The notes: generated by a model from the sequence alone, not told the origin. Positions 9,896-19,846 are shown, counted from the stretch's first letter. The stretch: 64,000 nt of DNA from Rhodobacteraceae bacterium CG17_big_fil_post_rev_8_21_14_2_50_63_15 (GCA_002783205.1 PFEY01000060.1:95574-159573); one strand, 5' to 3'. Program-made: numbers and translations.

Positions 9896-11111
9896 ACGGA
9901 TTGTGCTGGTTGAGGACGACGAGATCATGGGGGCGTCGCTCTTGCAACGGCTCGAACTCGAAGGCGCACAGGTTCTTTGGCACAAGCAGATGTTTCGGGC
10001 GCTTGGTGCGATCCGCACGCCAAGCCAGGCGATCGACGCCGTGATCTGTGACATCGGTCTGCCTGACGGATCCGGGGAAGAGCTGTTTGCCACCCTGATG
10101 CGCACCGGGACACCGCCTCCGTTCCTGTTCATTACGGGTCAGGGCGGGATCGTTCAGGCCGTTCGTCTGATCAAATCGGGGGCGGCGGACTATGTCACAA
10201 AACCCTTTGACATGGCGGTCTTTTTGGAACGGCTCAGCCTTCTGGTCTCGCCGAAATCGGAACTTGGTTTTCCACTCCTCATGGGGGTTTCTCCGGCAGC
10301 ATCGCGAATCGAAGCACTGATTGCGCATGCTGCGGCAGAAGACAATTCGGTCCTGATCCGTGGTGGACCCGGAACCGGAAAGGATCTTGTCGCCCGGCGA
10401 ATCCACGACATGTCGGATCGCCAGGCTGCACCCTTCGTCGCCGTCAATCTGGCGCGGGAAGACGACGCCGGACTTGCCCTGTTTGGTTCCGAGCGAGGTT
10501 TCAACGTTGTCGGCGACGGCACGCTCTTCATAAATGCCATCAATCGGTTGCCCGGAGACGTTCAGGGCCGCTTGCTGGCCCGGCTCGATCTGGGCTTTGA
10601 AGGGCGTCTGATCACGGCCTGCGGCAATGACCTCGATGGTTCGATCGATGAGCGACCCTTCAATCCCGAACTCCTCTACCGATTGGGTCAAATTGTAATC
10701 CCTGTCCCGCCTCTGACGACGCGGCCCGACGACGCTGTCTGGCTGCTTCAGCAACTGTTCCACAAGCTTGCTCCAAAGCTCGCCCCCAGCCTTGAGGGCA
10801 TCGGTGCCCTGTGTGAAGCCGCCGCCCGGGGGCACGACTGGTCGGGCGGGGGGCGTGAAGTGCGAGCCCGACTGGTGCGGGGCCTCGCCATGGCGTCCGG
10901 TCCGTTGCTGCAACCGTCCGACCTGTTCCCCGAACATCTCGCCAGATCTGACGAGATGATGTCGCTTGTCGAGGCACGCGAGATGGCCGAGAAGGCGCAG
11001 ATCATTGCGGCTCTTGATCGGACGGGGGGACAGATCGGCGAATCGGCAAGGCTTCTCCGTATCGCGCGCACGACTCTCTGGGAAAAGATGCAGAAATTCG
11101 GCCTGTCCTGA
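9882..11111 (+). CDS. aioR: Response regulator AioR (receiver, degenerate AAA+ domain, Fis HTH)
   Basis: VLVEDD/ICDIGLPD receiver; Walker A GGPGTGKD; C-terminal ARLLRIARTTLWEKM HTH; start placed at ATG 9882. Confidence 0.88.
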   Translation: MLKGRRIVLVEDDEIMGASLLQRLELEGAQVLWHKQMFRALGAIRTPSQAIDAVICDIGLPDGSGEELFATLMRTGTPPPFLFITGQGGIVQAVRLIKSGAADYVTKPFDMAVFLERLSLLVSPKSELGFPLLMGVSPAASRIEALIAHAAAEDNSVLIRGGPGTGKDLVARRIHDMSDRQAAPFVAVNLAREDDAGLALFGSERGFNVVGDGTLFINAINRLPGDVQGRLLARLDLGFEGRLITACGNDLDGSIDERPFNPELLYRLGQIVIPVPPLTTRPDDAVWLLQQLFHKLAPKLAPSLEGIGALCEAAARGHDWSGGGREVRARLVRGLAMASGPLLQPSDLFPEHLARSDEMMSLVEAREMAEKAQIIAALDRTGGQIGESARLLRIARTTLWEKMQKFGLS

Positions 11112-11127
11112 GCACCACATCGAGTGA

Positions 11128-11153
11128 CAGATGTTCGGATTTCCGAACATCTG
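11128..11153. promoter_or_regulatory. Perfect inverted repeat containing an AioR-box-like GTTCG-N6-CGAAC
   Basis: CAGATGTTCGGA-TT-TCCGAACATCTG about 130 bp upstream of aioB; core fits the GT[CT]CG-N6-CG[AG]AC AioR site as I recall it; could also act as a hairpin ending the aioR transcript. Confidence 0.6.
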
Positions 11154-11281
11154 AATTTGATAAATAGAATCATCAATTTACGCCGATGCGGCGGGCTGAT
11201 CGCACCATCGCTCCGCCCTGCTTCATCGCTTATTGTGACAGATGTATTCAACACGTGAAGACCTAGGGAGGGTTCTATCCG

Positions 11282-11800
11282 ATGAAGTGCAATCGATTGG
11301 TTGACGCCGGGCGCCGACAGTTTCTGAGAGGCAGTCTCATGGCGACAGCCGGAGCTGCCGCCGCGACCGTCATCGCCCCAGAGAAAGCCAGCGCCGAGGC
11401 TTTGGCGCGCGTGGACTTTCCACAAAACCGTTTGGCAAACATCTCCGACCTCGCGGTAAACGAGCCGATGGATATTGCCTATCCCGATGCCGATAGCCCG
11501 GGCGTGCTTCTCAAGCTGGGTCAGGCGGTTGAAGGCGGGGTCGGTCCGGATGGCGATGTGGTCGCATTTTCGGTGCTGTGCCCGCACAAGGGCTGGATGC
11601 TGAGCTATTCGGCCGCGGACAAGACATTGAACTGCCCCGGCCATCATTCGCGCTTTGACTGTGAGACTGGCGGCCAGCAGACCTGGGGTCATGCGACGCA
11701 GAATCTGCCGCAATTCATGCTGAGCGTCGACGAAAAAGGCGACATTTACGCAAATGGTGTGGACGATCTGATCTACGGCCGTCTGTCGAACGTGCTCTGA
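11282..11800 (+). CDS. aioB: Arsenite oxidase small (Rieske) subunit
   Basis: GRRQFLRG Tat leader; Rieske ligands CPHKG...CPGH without the disulfide cysteines; GHATQNLPQ. Confidence 0.97.
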   Translation: MKCNRLVDAGRRQFLRGSLMATAGAAAATVIAPEKASAEALARVDFPQNRLANISDLAVNEPMDIAYPDADSPGVLLKLGQAVEGGVGPDGDVVAFSVLCPHKGWMLSYSAADKTLNCPGHHSRFDCETGGQQTWGHATQNLPQFMLSVDEKGDIYANGVDDLIYGRLSNVL

Positions 11801-11814
11801 GGGAGAAACAACAA

Positions 11815-14280
11815 ATGGCTTTCAAAAGACAAGTCGATCGTCTGCCGATCATTCCCGCAGACGCAAAGGAACATAACGTCACCTGCCACTACTGCATCGT
11901 CGGGTGCGGCTACAAGGCCTACACCTGGCCGATCCAGACGCAGGGACATTCGGCTCCGGACGGCAACAAGTTCGGTGTTGACCTTAGTGAACAGCAACCC
12001 ATGGAAACCGAAGCCTGGTATGCACCGTCGATGTATAACGTCGTGCGCCAGAACGGCCAGGACGTCCATCTGGTCGTCATGCCGGACGTGAACTGTGTCG
12101 TGAACTCGGGACTTGGCTCGATCCGCGGTGCGCGCATGGCCGAGAACCGCCCTTCCAGGGTGACAGGCACACAGCAGCAGCGCCTGTCCGACCCGCTGGT
12201 GTGGCGCAACGGTGTGTGGCAGCCGACTTCCTGGGACGATGCGCTCGATCTCGTGGCGCGGGTCACCGCACGGGTGATCACCGAAGGCTCCGAGGACGAT
12301 CTCGTGGTGTCGATGTTCGACCACGGCGGCAGCGCGGGCGGCTATGAGAACACCTGGGCCACCGGCAAGCTCTATTTCGAGAGCATGAAAGTCAAGAATG
12401 CCCGCATTCACAACCGCCCGGCCTACAACTCCGAGGTCCATTCGACGCGCGACATGGGCATCGGTGAACTGAACTACTCCTACAGTGATTACGAGGTCAC
12501 GGACACGATCTTCATGGTCGGTGCCAACTCGATGGAAACGCAGACGAACCTCTACCTCAACCACATGGTTCCGGGGTTTCGGAATGGTGCGAAATTCATC
12601 GCCGTCGATCCGCGCCGCACCATCACCATCGCTTCTTCCGAACAATATGCGGGCAAGGACAACGTGCTGCATCTGGCGATCAAGGAGGGCACGGACATGG
12701 CGCTCTTCAACGCCATCCTGACTCATATCGTTGACAATGGCTGGGTCGACGCCGACTTCATTGCGAATTCCACCTTTCAAGGCGGCGTCGCGACGGCGGA
12801 AGATGAGGCGCACCCGGCAAGCCTGGGCAGCCTTGATCACGCGATGGCGACCTGCCGCACGTCGCTCGAGCAGGCGGCGGAAATCTGCGGGGTGGATGCG
12901 GCGGATATCGCCAAGGCCGCCGAGTGGATTGCCAAGCCCAAGGACGATGGCAGCGCCCGCAAATGCGTCACGGCCTATGAGAAAGGCATCATCTGGGGCA
13001 ATGACAACTACCGCACCATCGGTGCGCTGGTGAACATTGCACTTGCAACTGGGAACGTCGGCCGTGAAGGCAGCGGGATCTGCCGTCTCGGCGGCCACCA
13101 GGAAGGTTACTACCGGCCGTCTGACGCACATGTCGGTCGTCCGGCAGAGTATGTCGATCAGTTCCTGATCCGGGGACTGGGGGGCGTGCATCACATCTGG
13201 GCCTGCGACCATTACAAGACGACGATCAACGCCTCAGAGTTCAAGCGGGTGCACAAACGTCGCTCCGACATGGTCAAGGCTGCCATCGACGAAGCGGCAG
13301 GCGGTACGCGTGAGCAGGTGGTCGATGCCATTGTTTCGGCAATCAACGCCGGCGGTCTGTTCGTGGTGGACGTGGACATCATCCACAGCCAGATCGGTCA
13401 GAATGCCCACGTGGTCCTGCCCGCCTGTGAATCGAACGAGATGAACCTCACGTCGATGAACGGCGAGCGGCGCCTGCGGCTGTCCGAACGTTACATGGAT
13501 CCTTATGGCAACTCGAAACCCGATTGCCTGATCGCTGCCGGCATCGCACAGAACATGGAACGTGTTCTGCGCGCGATCGGGCAAGACGCCTATGCCGACC
13601 AGTTCAAGGGCTATGACTGGGCGAGCGAGGAAGACGCCTTCATGGACGGCTACAACAAGGGCAATCCTGAAGTGACCTATGAGCGCCTGCGCGCGATGGG
13701 CAACAACGGGGTGCAGGAGCCGGTCGTGGGCTTTGCCGATGGCAAGCTTGTCGGCACCGAAAGGCTCTATGCCGATGGCACCTTCGATCGGCATGGACGC
13801 GACGACAAGAAGGCCTTGTTCTGCGCGGCGGGCTGGCGCGGCTGGCAGGCGCCGGGCAAGGCGCGCGAGCAGGCGTCGCACCGGTTCTGGATCAACAACG
13901 TGCGCGCCAACATCTTCTGGCAGAATCAGTTCCTCGATCAGAAGAACGACTTCATCCAGGACCGCTATCCTCATCCGTTTGTCGAGATGCATCCAGACGA
14001 CATGGTGGAACTCGGGCTCAACCCCGGAGACCTTCTGGAAATCGTCAATGACAATGGCGTGACCCAGGGCATGGCCTATCCCATGCCGACGCTCAAGCGC
14101 GACACCGTTGCGATGGTTTTCGGAGCACCGGCGGGCAGTCAGGGCAACGTGGTCAACCCAGGCGTGAACGAGCTGGTGTTGCCGGATTACAAGCACTGCT
14201 GGGGGTCCATACGCAAGATTGCGGATGCAACCGCCCAAACGCGCAGCATCTCGTTCAAGGCGCATGAAGCCGTCCTGTAA
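11815..14280 (+). CDS. aioA: Arsenite oxidase large molybdopterin subunit
   Basis: CHYCIVGCGY [3Fe-4S] motif; HNRPAYNSE substrate-site motif; FDHGGSAGGYENTW; 821 aa. Confidence 0.98.
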   Translation: MAFKRQVDRLPIIPADAKEHNVTCHYCIVGCGYKAYTWPIQTQGHSAPDGNKFGVDLSEQQPMETEAWYAPSMYNVVRQNGQDVHLVVMPDVNCVVNSGLGSIRGARMAENRPSRVTGTQQQRLSDPLVWRNGVWQPTSWDDALDLVARVTARVITEGSEDDLVVSMFDHGGSAGGYENTWATGKLYFESMKVKNARIHNRPAYNSEVHSTRDMGIGELNYSYSDYEVTDTIFMVGANSMETQTNLYLNHMVPGFRNGAKFIAVDPRRTITIASSEQYAGKDNVLHLAIKEGTDMALFNAILTHIVDNGWVDADFIANSTFQGGVATAEDEAHPASLGSLDHAMATCRTSLEQAAEICGVDAADIAKAAEWIAKPKDDGSARKCVTAYEKGIIWGNDNYRTIGALVNIALATGNVGREGSGICRLGGHQEGYYRPSDAHVGRPAEYVDQFLIRGLGGVHHIWACDHYKTTINASEFKRVHKRRSDMVKAAIDEAAGGTREQVVDAIVSAINAGGLFVVDVDIIHSQIGQNAHVVLPACESNEMNLTSMNGERRLRLSERYMDPYGNSKPDCLIAAGIAQNMERVLRAIGQDAYADQFKGYDWASEEDAFMDGYNKGNPEVTYERLRAMGNNGVQEPVVGFADGKLVGTERLYADGTFDRHGRDDKKALFCAAGWRGWQAPGKAREQASHRFWINNVRANIFWQNQFLDQKNDFIQDRYPHPFVEMHPDDMVELGLNPGDLLEIVNDNGVTQGMAYPMPTLKRDTVAMVFGAPAGSQGNVVNPGVNELVLPDYKHCWGSIRKIADATAQTRSISFKAHEAVL

Positions 14281-14292
14281 GCCAAACTGATG

Positions 14293-14324
14293 GGCCCGCC
14301 CCCACGAAAGGGGGCGGGCCTTTT
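14293..14324 (+). terminator. Intrinsic terminator after aioA
   Basis: GGCCCGCCCCC-ACGAAA-GGGGGCGGGCC followed by TTTT. Confidence 0.8.
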
Positions 14325-14339
14325 CCTTGGGGGGAGATC

Positions 14340-15584
14340 ATGGCTGATACTGCAAGATGTTCCGCCGGCAAGCCCGGCGCTGCCTTGTCTGTGGACGCCG
14401 CACGTTTGCGGGCCATCGCCGTTGCGCGCCCGGTGGAACAAGAAACTCTGGCCCTCGTCTCAGCGGTTGGCCGGGTGCTTGCTGCGCCAGTCTTTGCTAA
14501 TTCGCCTCTACCGCCCTTCGACAACTCCGCCATGGATGGCTATGCCGTGTCTCTTGCCGATCTTTCTGGCGAGGGCCCCTGGGATGTGCCAGTCACCCTG
14601 CGCATTGCCGCAGGTGACAGCAGGGGACTGACCCTTGCACAGGGCGAGGCGGCACAGGTCTTTACAGGTGCACCGGTTCCAAAGGGGGCCGACGCCGTGG
14701 TCATGCAGGAAAACGTCACTCGTCTGGGGGATCGGATCACCTTTTTCCTTCGTCCGCAATCCGGCCAGAACATTCGCCGTAGGGGCGAAGATGTGCAGAT
14801 CCGAGGACGGGCTCTTGCGGTCGGTGTGGAGCTGACACCACCGCGCCTTGCCTTGCTGGCGGGCTGTGGTGTCACGGATGTCGCTGTGCACCGGCGGGTT
14901 CGCATTGCCATGTTTTCCACCGGCGACGAGCTCGTGGAACCCGGAGGAGATCTTGCCCCCGGACAGATTTACAATTCCAACCGGATCATGCTGGGCGCGC
15001 TTATGGACCGTCGGTGGGCCGATGTCACGGATCTGGGAATCTTGCGCGACAATCCCGCCCGTGTTCGGGCTGCTATCCGCGAGGCGGCGCAAAGCCATGA
15101 TGTCGTGATTTCCTCGGGCGGCGTCTCTGCTGGTGAGGAAGATCACATCCTTGACGCCTTGCGGGCTGAAAACGCCCGGCTTGATATCCTGAAGGTCGCC
15201 ATCCGTCCCGGCAAGCCGCTCACTGTCGGCCGCGTGGCGGATGCTCTGTTCTTCGGTCTGCCCGGTAATCCCTATGCCGCAGCGATCACGTTCTCCCAGA
15301 TCGTTCGTCCCGCCTTGCGTCGTGTGGCAGGGCTCTGTGAAGATCCTGATATCTGGATCCCGGCGGTCTCTGGGTTTTCCTACACCCGCAGCGCTGGTCG
15401 CCGCGAATTTGTTCCCGTCACTTGGTCGCAGCGAGACCAGATCGGTCGCCCGGTTCTGGAAAGGCTGGGCCGAGGGGCCTCTGCCAGCCTCTATCCGATA
15501 GCGCAGGCACAAGGCATAGCGGTCCTGCCACCGGAGATCGCGAACATCTTGCCGGGTATGCCGCTGCGCGTCGAGCCCATTTAG
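14340..15584 (+). CDS. moeA: Molybdopterin molybdotransferase
   Basis: PPFDNSAMDGYA, FSTGDEL, SGGVSAG and KPLTVG...FGLPGNP motifs. Confidence 0.95.
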   Translation: MADTARCSAGKPGAALSVDAARLRAIAVARPVEQETLALVSAVGRVLAAPVFANSPLPPFDNSAMDGYAVSLADLSGEGPWDVPVTLRIAAGDSRGLTLAQGEAAQVFTGAPVPKGADAVVMQENVTRLGDRITFFLRPQSGQNIRRRGEDVQIRGRALAVGVELTPPRLALLAGCGVTDVAVHRRVRIAMFSTGDELVEPGGDLAPGQIYNSNRIMLGALMDRRWADVTDLGILRDNPARVRAAIREAAQSHDVVISSGGVSAGEEDHILDALRAENARLDILKVAIRPGKPLTVGRVADALFFGLPGNPYAAAITFSQIVRPALRRVAGLCEDPDIWIPAVSGFSYTRSAGRREFVPVTWSQRDQIGRPVLERLGRGASASLYPIAQAQGIAVLPPEIANILPGMPLRVEPI

Positions 15585-15685
15585 GGCGAGATCGGTTCTG
15601 TCAGGTTATGACTGCGCCACCAAGGGTATCGGGCAAAGGCCACTGGAAAACTGTCCCCGCCATCCGAACGGGTTGTGGGGTCGTG

Positions 15686-16450
15686 TCAGGCAACCAGCCT
15701 GCCGAGATCGGCGGCGGCTTCGCGCATCGCTCCAAGATAGTTCAGTGCGCGTTCGATACTGAACCTCCGGGTCGGCGCGTGACAGGCGAGCGTTGCCATC
15801 AGCCGCGCGCTCGGATCAAGGACTGGCACGGCAATTGCAATCATGTCATCCATGAATTCCTCACGGTCGAGGGAATAGCCCTGCGCCCGCACCTGCTCGA
15901 TTTCGGCCAACAGCGCATCCGGGTCGGTCAGTGTGTTGCGCGTCCTTGCTCTTAGATCGGTTGCGCTGACATAGCCCTTCAGGTGACGCTGCGGCAGTGT
16001 GCTGAGATACAACTTGCCGCTGGCGGTGCAATAGAGCGGCACGCGCGTCCCGATTGGCAATTGGATTCGTAGCGGCCATTCGGTCTCGACTCGTTCGAGA
16101 TAGATCATCGCATCCCCGTCCGGCAGCGTGATGTTGCAGGTTTCGCCAATCCCGAGGCTAAGACGTTTCAGGATCGTTTGACGCGCCGTGCGGACCCACA
16201 GCGAAGACAGAACACCACCTGCCAGTGTCCGCAAGCGCGGTCCCGTTGAATAGCTGCGCCCATCGAGCTCGCGCTGCAGAAACCCCTCCTCCTCGAGTGT
16301 GGCAAAGAGCCGGTGGATGGTCGGCTTGGGCAGGCCGAGCACAGCGTTAACCTCTGTCGGCGTGATCGGAACGCCCAGGCGCGCAACCGCTTCAATCACC
16401 AACAGCAGGCGCATGGTCGTGGGGATCGTCGCTGCACCCTCGCCATCCAT
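15686..16450 (-). CDS. iseR: IclR-family regulator, probably IseR
   Basis: GLPKPTIHRL HTH and PLYCTASGK effector domain; symbol from synteny with the roseobacter isethionate cluster. Confidence 0.7.
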   Translation of the reverse strand: MDGEGAATIPTTMRLLLVIEAVARLGVPITPTEVNAVLGLPKPTIHRLFATLEEEGFLQRELDGRSYSTGPRLRTLAGGVLSSLWVRTARQTILKRLSLGIGETCNITLPDGDAMIYLERVETEWPLRIQLPIGTRVPLYCTASGKLYLSTLPQRHLKGYVSATDLRARTRNTLTDPDALLAEIEQVRAQGYSLDREEFMDDMIAIAVPVLDPSARLMATLACHAPTRRFSIERALNYLGAMREAAADLGRLVA

Positions 16451-16463
16451 GGATCACCCATCC

Positions 16464-17822
16464 CTATCGTTTTGGAAGCAGCGCCGTCGAAAGCTCGGGA
16501 ACCAGGGCAATGAGAAACCAGACCGACAGAAGGGCCACAAGATAGGGGACGGTGTAGCGCAAAAGCCTGAAATAGGGAACGCCCGTCACGCCCGAGGCCA
16601 CGTAGAGATTGAGCCCGTAAGGGGGCGTGATGAACCCGATAGACGCCCCGACAAGGAAGATCACCGCGAATTGCACCGGATCGACCCCCACCGCGTGCGC
16701 GATGGGCGCCAGAATCGGCGCGAGGATGATCGTGACCGGCAGGCTCTCAAGCACCATGCCACAGATGAACACGATCCCCATGGAGGTGAACAGGACCGCG
16801 TAATAGCCCCCCATGGATGTCACGAAGTTGCCAATTGTTTCCTGCGCACCCAGAATCGACAGAATCTGCTGCATCACCACCGATACGGCGATGAGCGGCG
16901 CCAGAATACCGGTAATCTGCGCCGAGCGCATGGTAATCGACGGCAGTTCCAGCGGGCTGAAGCCCTCGACCACCAGCATTTCCGAAATCCGCTTCTCAGA
17001 GGCATCGCGGCCCTTTGATCCACCGATCAGGCGAAAGAGCGGCAGGCTGAGAAAACCCACGATCACGCAAAACCCGACGGTCACGCCCGCCGCCTCGGTC
17101 GGAGAGAACTTTCCGGTGTAAATGCCCCAGAGCACCAGGCCGATGGCAAAAAACCCGAGCCAGGCACCGATGGCGGTCTTGAACACGCGCATCGGGCTGA
17201 GCGCAATCAGGATGCCCCAGCCATTGCGCCAGGAGATCAGAAAGGCCGCCAGCATCATCGCCAACACCATCAGAATACCCGGCAGGATGCCCGCGACGAA
17301 CAGTTCGGCTATCGGCAGGTTGAGCAAAAATCCGTAGACAATGAAGATGATCGAGGGCGGGATGATGATCCCAACTGTGCCTCCCGCCGCAGCGGTGGCC
17401 GCAGAAAAGCGTTCGTCATAGCCGCCTTTGACCATTTCTGGGTGCAACATCGAACCAATCGTCGCCGTTGTCGCTGAATTCGAGCCTGATATTGCGGCAA
17501 ACAGCCCACAGGCTCCAAGCGCCGCCATCGCCAGACCACCCCGGATCCAGCCCAGACAGGCATAGGCAAAATCGCTGAGGCGCCGCGCGATCCCCGAGCG
17601 GTTGATAAGATCTCCGGTCAGGATGAAAAGCGGCATCGCCAGAAGCGCAAAACCATCGGTGAACACATCCGCAAGCGCCCCTCCGATGTTTTGCAAAGGC
17701 ATGTCCAAAACAAGAGACACACCAATGACCCAGTAGCCAATGACCAGAAAAACCGGCACACCCAGCATGAAGAGCAGCGTCACTGCCACGGAAATGAGGG
17801 TGATGAGAGTCGGGTCGGTCAT
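16464..17822 (-). CDS. iseM: TRAP large permease (DctM), probably IseM
   Basis: LLAMPLFILTG, ISGSNSAT, IIPPSI and FITPPYGLNL DctM motifs; substrate inferred from synteny. Confidence 0.75.
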   Translation of the reverse strand: MTDPTLITLISVAVTLLFMLGVPVFLVIGYWVIGVSLVLDMPLQNIGGALADVFTDGFALLAMPLFILTGDLINRSGIARRLSDFAYACLGWIRGGLAMAALGACGLFAAISGSNSATTATIGSMLHPEMVKGGYDERFSAATAAAGGTVGIIIPPSIIFIVYGFLLNLPIAELFVAGILPGILMVLAMMLAAFLISWRNGWGILIALSPMRVFKTAIGAWLGFFAIGLVLWGIYTGKFSPTEAAGVTVGFCVIVGFLSLPLFRLIGGSKGRDASEKRISEMLVVEGFSPLELPSITMRSAQITGILAPLIAVSVVMQQILSILGAQETIGNFVTSMGGYYAVLFTSMGIVFICGMVLESLPVTIILAPILAPIAHAVGVDPVQFAVIFLVGASIGFITPPYGLNLYVASGVTGVPYFRLLRYTVPYLVALLSVWFLIALVPELSTALLPKR

Positions 17823-17823
17823 G

Positions 17824-18492
17824 TCAATCGCCTCCGATCACGGCTTGTGTAATCAGGGTCTCGCCCCGTCGGAAATTGGAGAGGTCGGTCAACGCATTCT
17901 CGATCACCCGCGCCACCAGAGTGGTAAAGGCCAGCGGCACCGACAAGAGAAACCACCATTGCATGACATTGTCCGTGCCCAGCATGATCTGGAAATTCGC
18001 GGCCGAGTTGGCCACCACCTTGGACGAGGTTGCGACAACTACCCATGAGAACCCGATCCAGAGCAAAGCGTCGAGCAGAAGGCACCCGATTTGCCCCATC
18101 CGTGGCATCGCGGTGCGAAACTCGGCAAAGGCCAGATGGGTGCGCAGCTTGACGTTATAGCTGCAGCCGAACCACGTCATGATGAGAAAGAGAAAAGGTG
18201 GTAATGTGGTGGACCATGGAACCTGTTGCGACAGTACGAATCGGCGGATCACCTCGACAAAGATGATGCCACCGATTGCAAGATACGAAACGACCATGAT
18301 CGTTCGTTCCAGATTGCGCTCAGCCCACGGGCTGAGGCGATAGATCATCAGAACGAGCAGAGCGGACACCGTCATCGCAGCCAAGCTCAACGGCCAGATC
18401 GCCGGTTGAGTCATCGCCTCGCTCAGCATCCATGAATCGCCTGCCATGAGAGCGTCCAGGATCTCTCCCGTGCCATGAAACCAGCCGGTCAT
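17824..18492 (-). CDS. iseL: TRAP small permease (DctQ), probably IseL
   Basis: GAGGAGG RBS before ATG at 18492; 4-TM DctQ layout, EVIRRF...LRTHLAF. Confidence 0.75.
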   Translation of the reverse strand: MTGWFHGTGEILDALMAGDSWMLSEAMTQPAIWPLSLAAMTVSALLVLMIYRLSPWAERNLERTIMVVSYLAIGGIIFVEVIRRFVLSQQVPWSTTLPPFLFLIMTWFGCSYNVKLRTHLAFAEFRTAMPRMGQIGCLLLDALLWIGFSWVVVATSSKVVANSAANFQIMLGTDNVMQWWFLLSVPLAFTTLVARVIENALTDLSNFRRGETLITQAVIGGD

Positions 18493-18552
18493 GCCCCGTC
18501 CTCCTCTATTTTGATGCCCCAAGTCTACCGCATCTCCGGCGGTACCTCCAAT

Positions 18553-18577
18553 CGGGCCGCCCTAGCAAGGCGGCCCG
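18553..18577. other. Intercistronic stem-loop after the DctP gene
   Basis: CGGGCCGCC-N7-GGCGGCCCG between binding-protein and permease genes. Confidence 0.55.
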
Positions 18578-18594
18578 GTCTGTGCCTCAAGAGA

Positions 18595-19830
18595 TCAGGC
18601 CGAACGCCACCAGCGACGCGGTTCGACGTTTTCTGGAAGCGTCTCCAGGGGAATCTCACGCGCCACGGCGTGGATCTCCTGATAGGTGTCGATGCCGCCC
18701 GCCCAGGAATTGAGCCGATCGCGCCATTGCGCCCAAGGCTCCGGGTTGAATTCGGGAGAGCACATTTCCTCGGCCATCTTGATCTGATCGTCAGCCAGAA
18801 ACGCCGGTTTCACGTTGTTTTGGGCAAAGATGGTGCCGGGCAATTGCGGATCAGAGAAGCCAACGGTCTTGACCAGCGCTGCTTCATTGGCCGCCTGCAC
18901 ATGGACCTGCGCCAGATAAGCGGACTCCATGATTGCATCCTGCAAATGCCCCTCCATCGCGTCGAACACCTTGGCCGACATCGAGGTGTGCTCGGTGCCG
19001 CAGAAGAACCGCAGATCGACCGATTGGCTGACCACCGGCGACATGTTGGCATAGGCCACGGCCGAGGCCCAGGTTTCCGCACCATCGATCAGACCCTGTT
19101 TCAGCCCGTCGAGGGTTTCTTCCCAGGCCACGGGCACCGGGTTCAGATTCAGGAGCTGCATCGCGATGCGGCCAAGCTGCGTTCCGGTGACACGGTTCTT
19201 GGTGCCGAACAGTTCTTCGAGCTTGGTCACGGTCGGCTTCTGGGCAAAGGACTGGCCCATCTGCAACCCGCGCAGCTCGCAATGCGAAAAGAGGAACTTC
19301 AGCCCGTGCCGTTTTTCCAACGGCTCGCGCAGGATACGCTGCGAGGCGGGGCTGTAAAGGAAATGATACTGCGCCGCCCGGCTGGGAAACATGTAGGCAT
19401 AGTCGAGCACGTTGAGATAGGGTGCGCCCCCGGCAGAGTTCTGGGTCGAGGCGGCATACATGTCGATCACGCCCAGCTGGGTCTTTTCCACACAGTTGAG
19501 CTGACCGCAGATCTGGTTGTCGCCAATGAATTCGACGCGAATTTCGCCATCGGTCCGTTCCTCCAGATCGCGTGCGAAATCCAGGACACCGGCGCGCTCG
19601 ATCAGGAGGTTGCGCGCGTTGAAACCTGCGGCCCCCAGTTTAAGAGTGTGCTTCGGCTCTTTGCCAAAGCGTTTTTCATAGGTGCTCTCAGCAGCGCGGG
19701 CCAAGGATGAGAGCGAGACCGTCCCGGTCAACGCCCCCGCGCCTAGCACCACGGATGACAGGCCGAACTGGCCTGACAGACGGAACAGATCCCGGCGAGA
19801 AATCCCGCTCAGGGCTTTTGATACTTTCAT
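18595..19830 (-). CDS. iseK: TRAP substrate-binding protein (DctP), Tat signal, probably IseK
   Basis: ISRRDLFRL leader; KNRV and WEETLDGLKQGLIDGAE DctP motifs; ATG at 19830 with GGAGGAG RBS. Confidence 0.75.
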   Translation of the reverse strand: MKVSKALSGISRRDLFRLSGQFGLSSVVLGAGALTGTVSLSSLARAAESTYEKRFGKEPKHTLKLGAAGFNARNLLIERAGVLDFARDLEERTDGEIRVEFIGDNQICGQLNCVEKTQLGVIDMYAASTQNSAGGAPYLNVLDYAYMFPSRAAQYHFLYSPASQRILREPLEKRHGLKFLFSHCELRGLQMGQSFAQKPTVTKLEELFGTKNRVTGTQLGRIAMQLLNLNPVPVAWEETLDGLKQGLIDGAETWASAVAYANMSPVVSQSVDLRFFCGTEHTSMSAKVFDAMEGHLQDAIMESAYLAQVHVQAANEAALVKTVGFSDPQLPGTIFAQNNVKPAFLADDQIKMAEEMCSPEFNPEPWAQWRDRLNSWAGGIDTYQEIHAVAREIPLETLPENVEPRRWWRSA

Positions 19831-19846
19831 GGTCTCCTCCCTAGAG

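Noticed and set aside
11188-11203. GG-N10-GC as a sigma54 promoter for aioB
   Set aside because: Only the two dinucleotides match; the flanking TGGCAC and TTGC consensus is absent
15630-15665. GCCACTGG and ACTGTCCCCGC resembling cobalamin riboswitch pieces
   Set aside because: Wrong order, other conserved elements missing, and located between convergent genes
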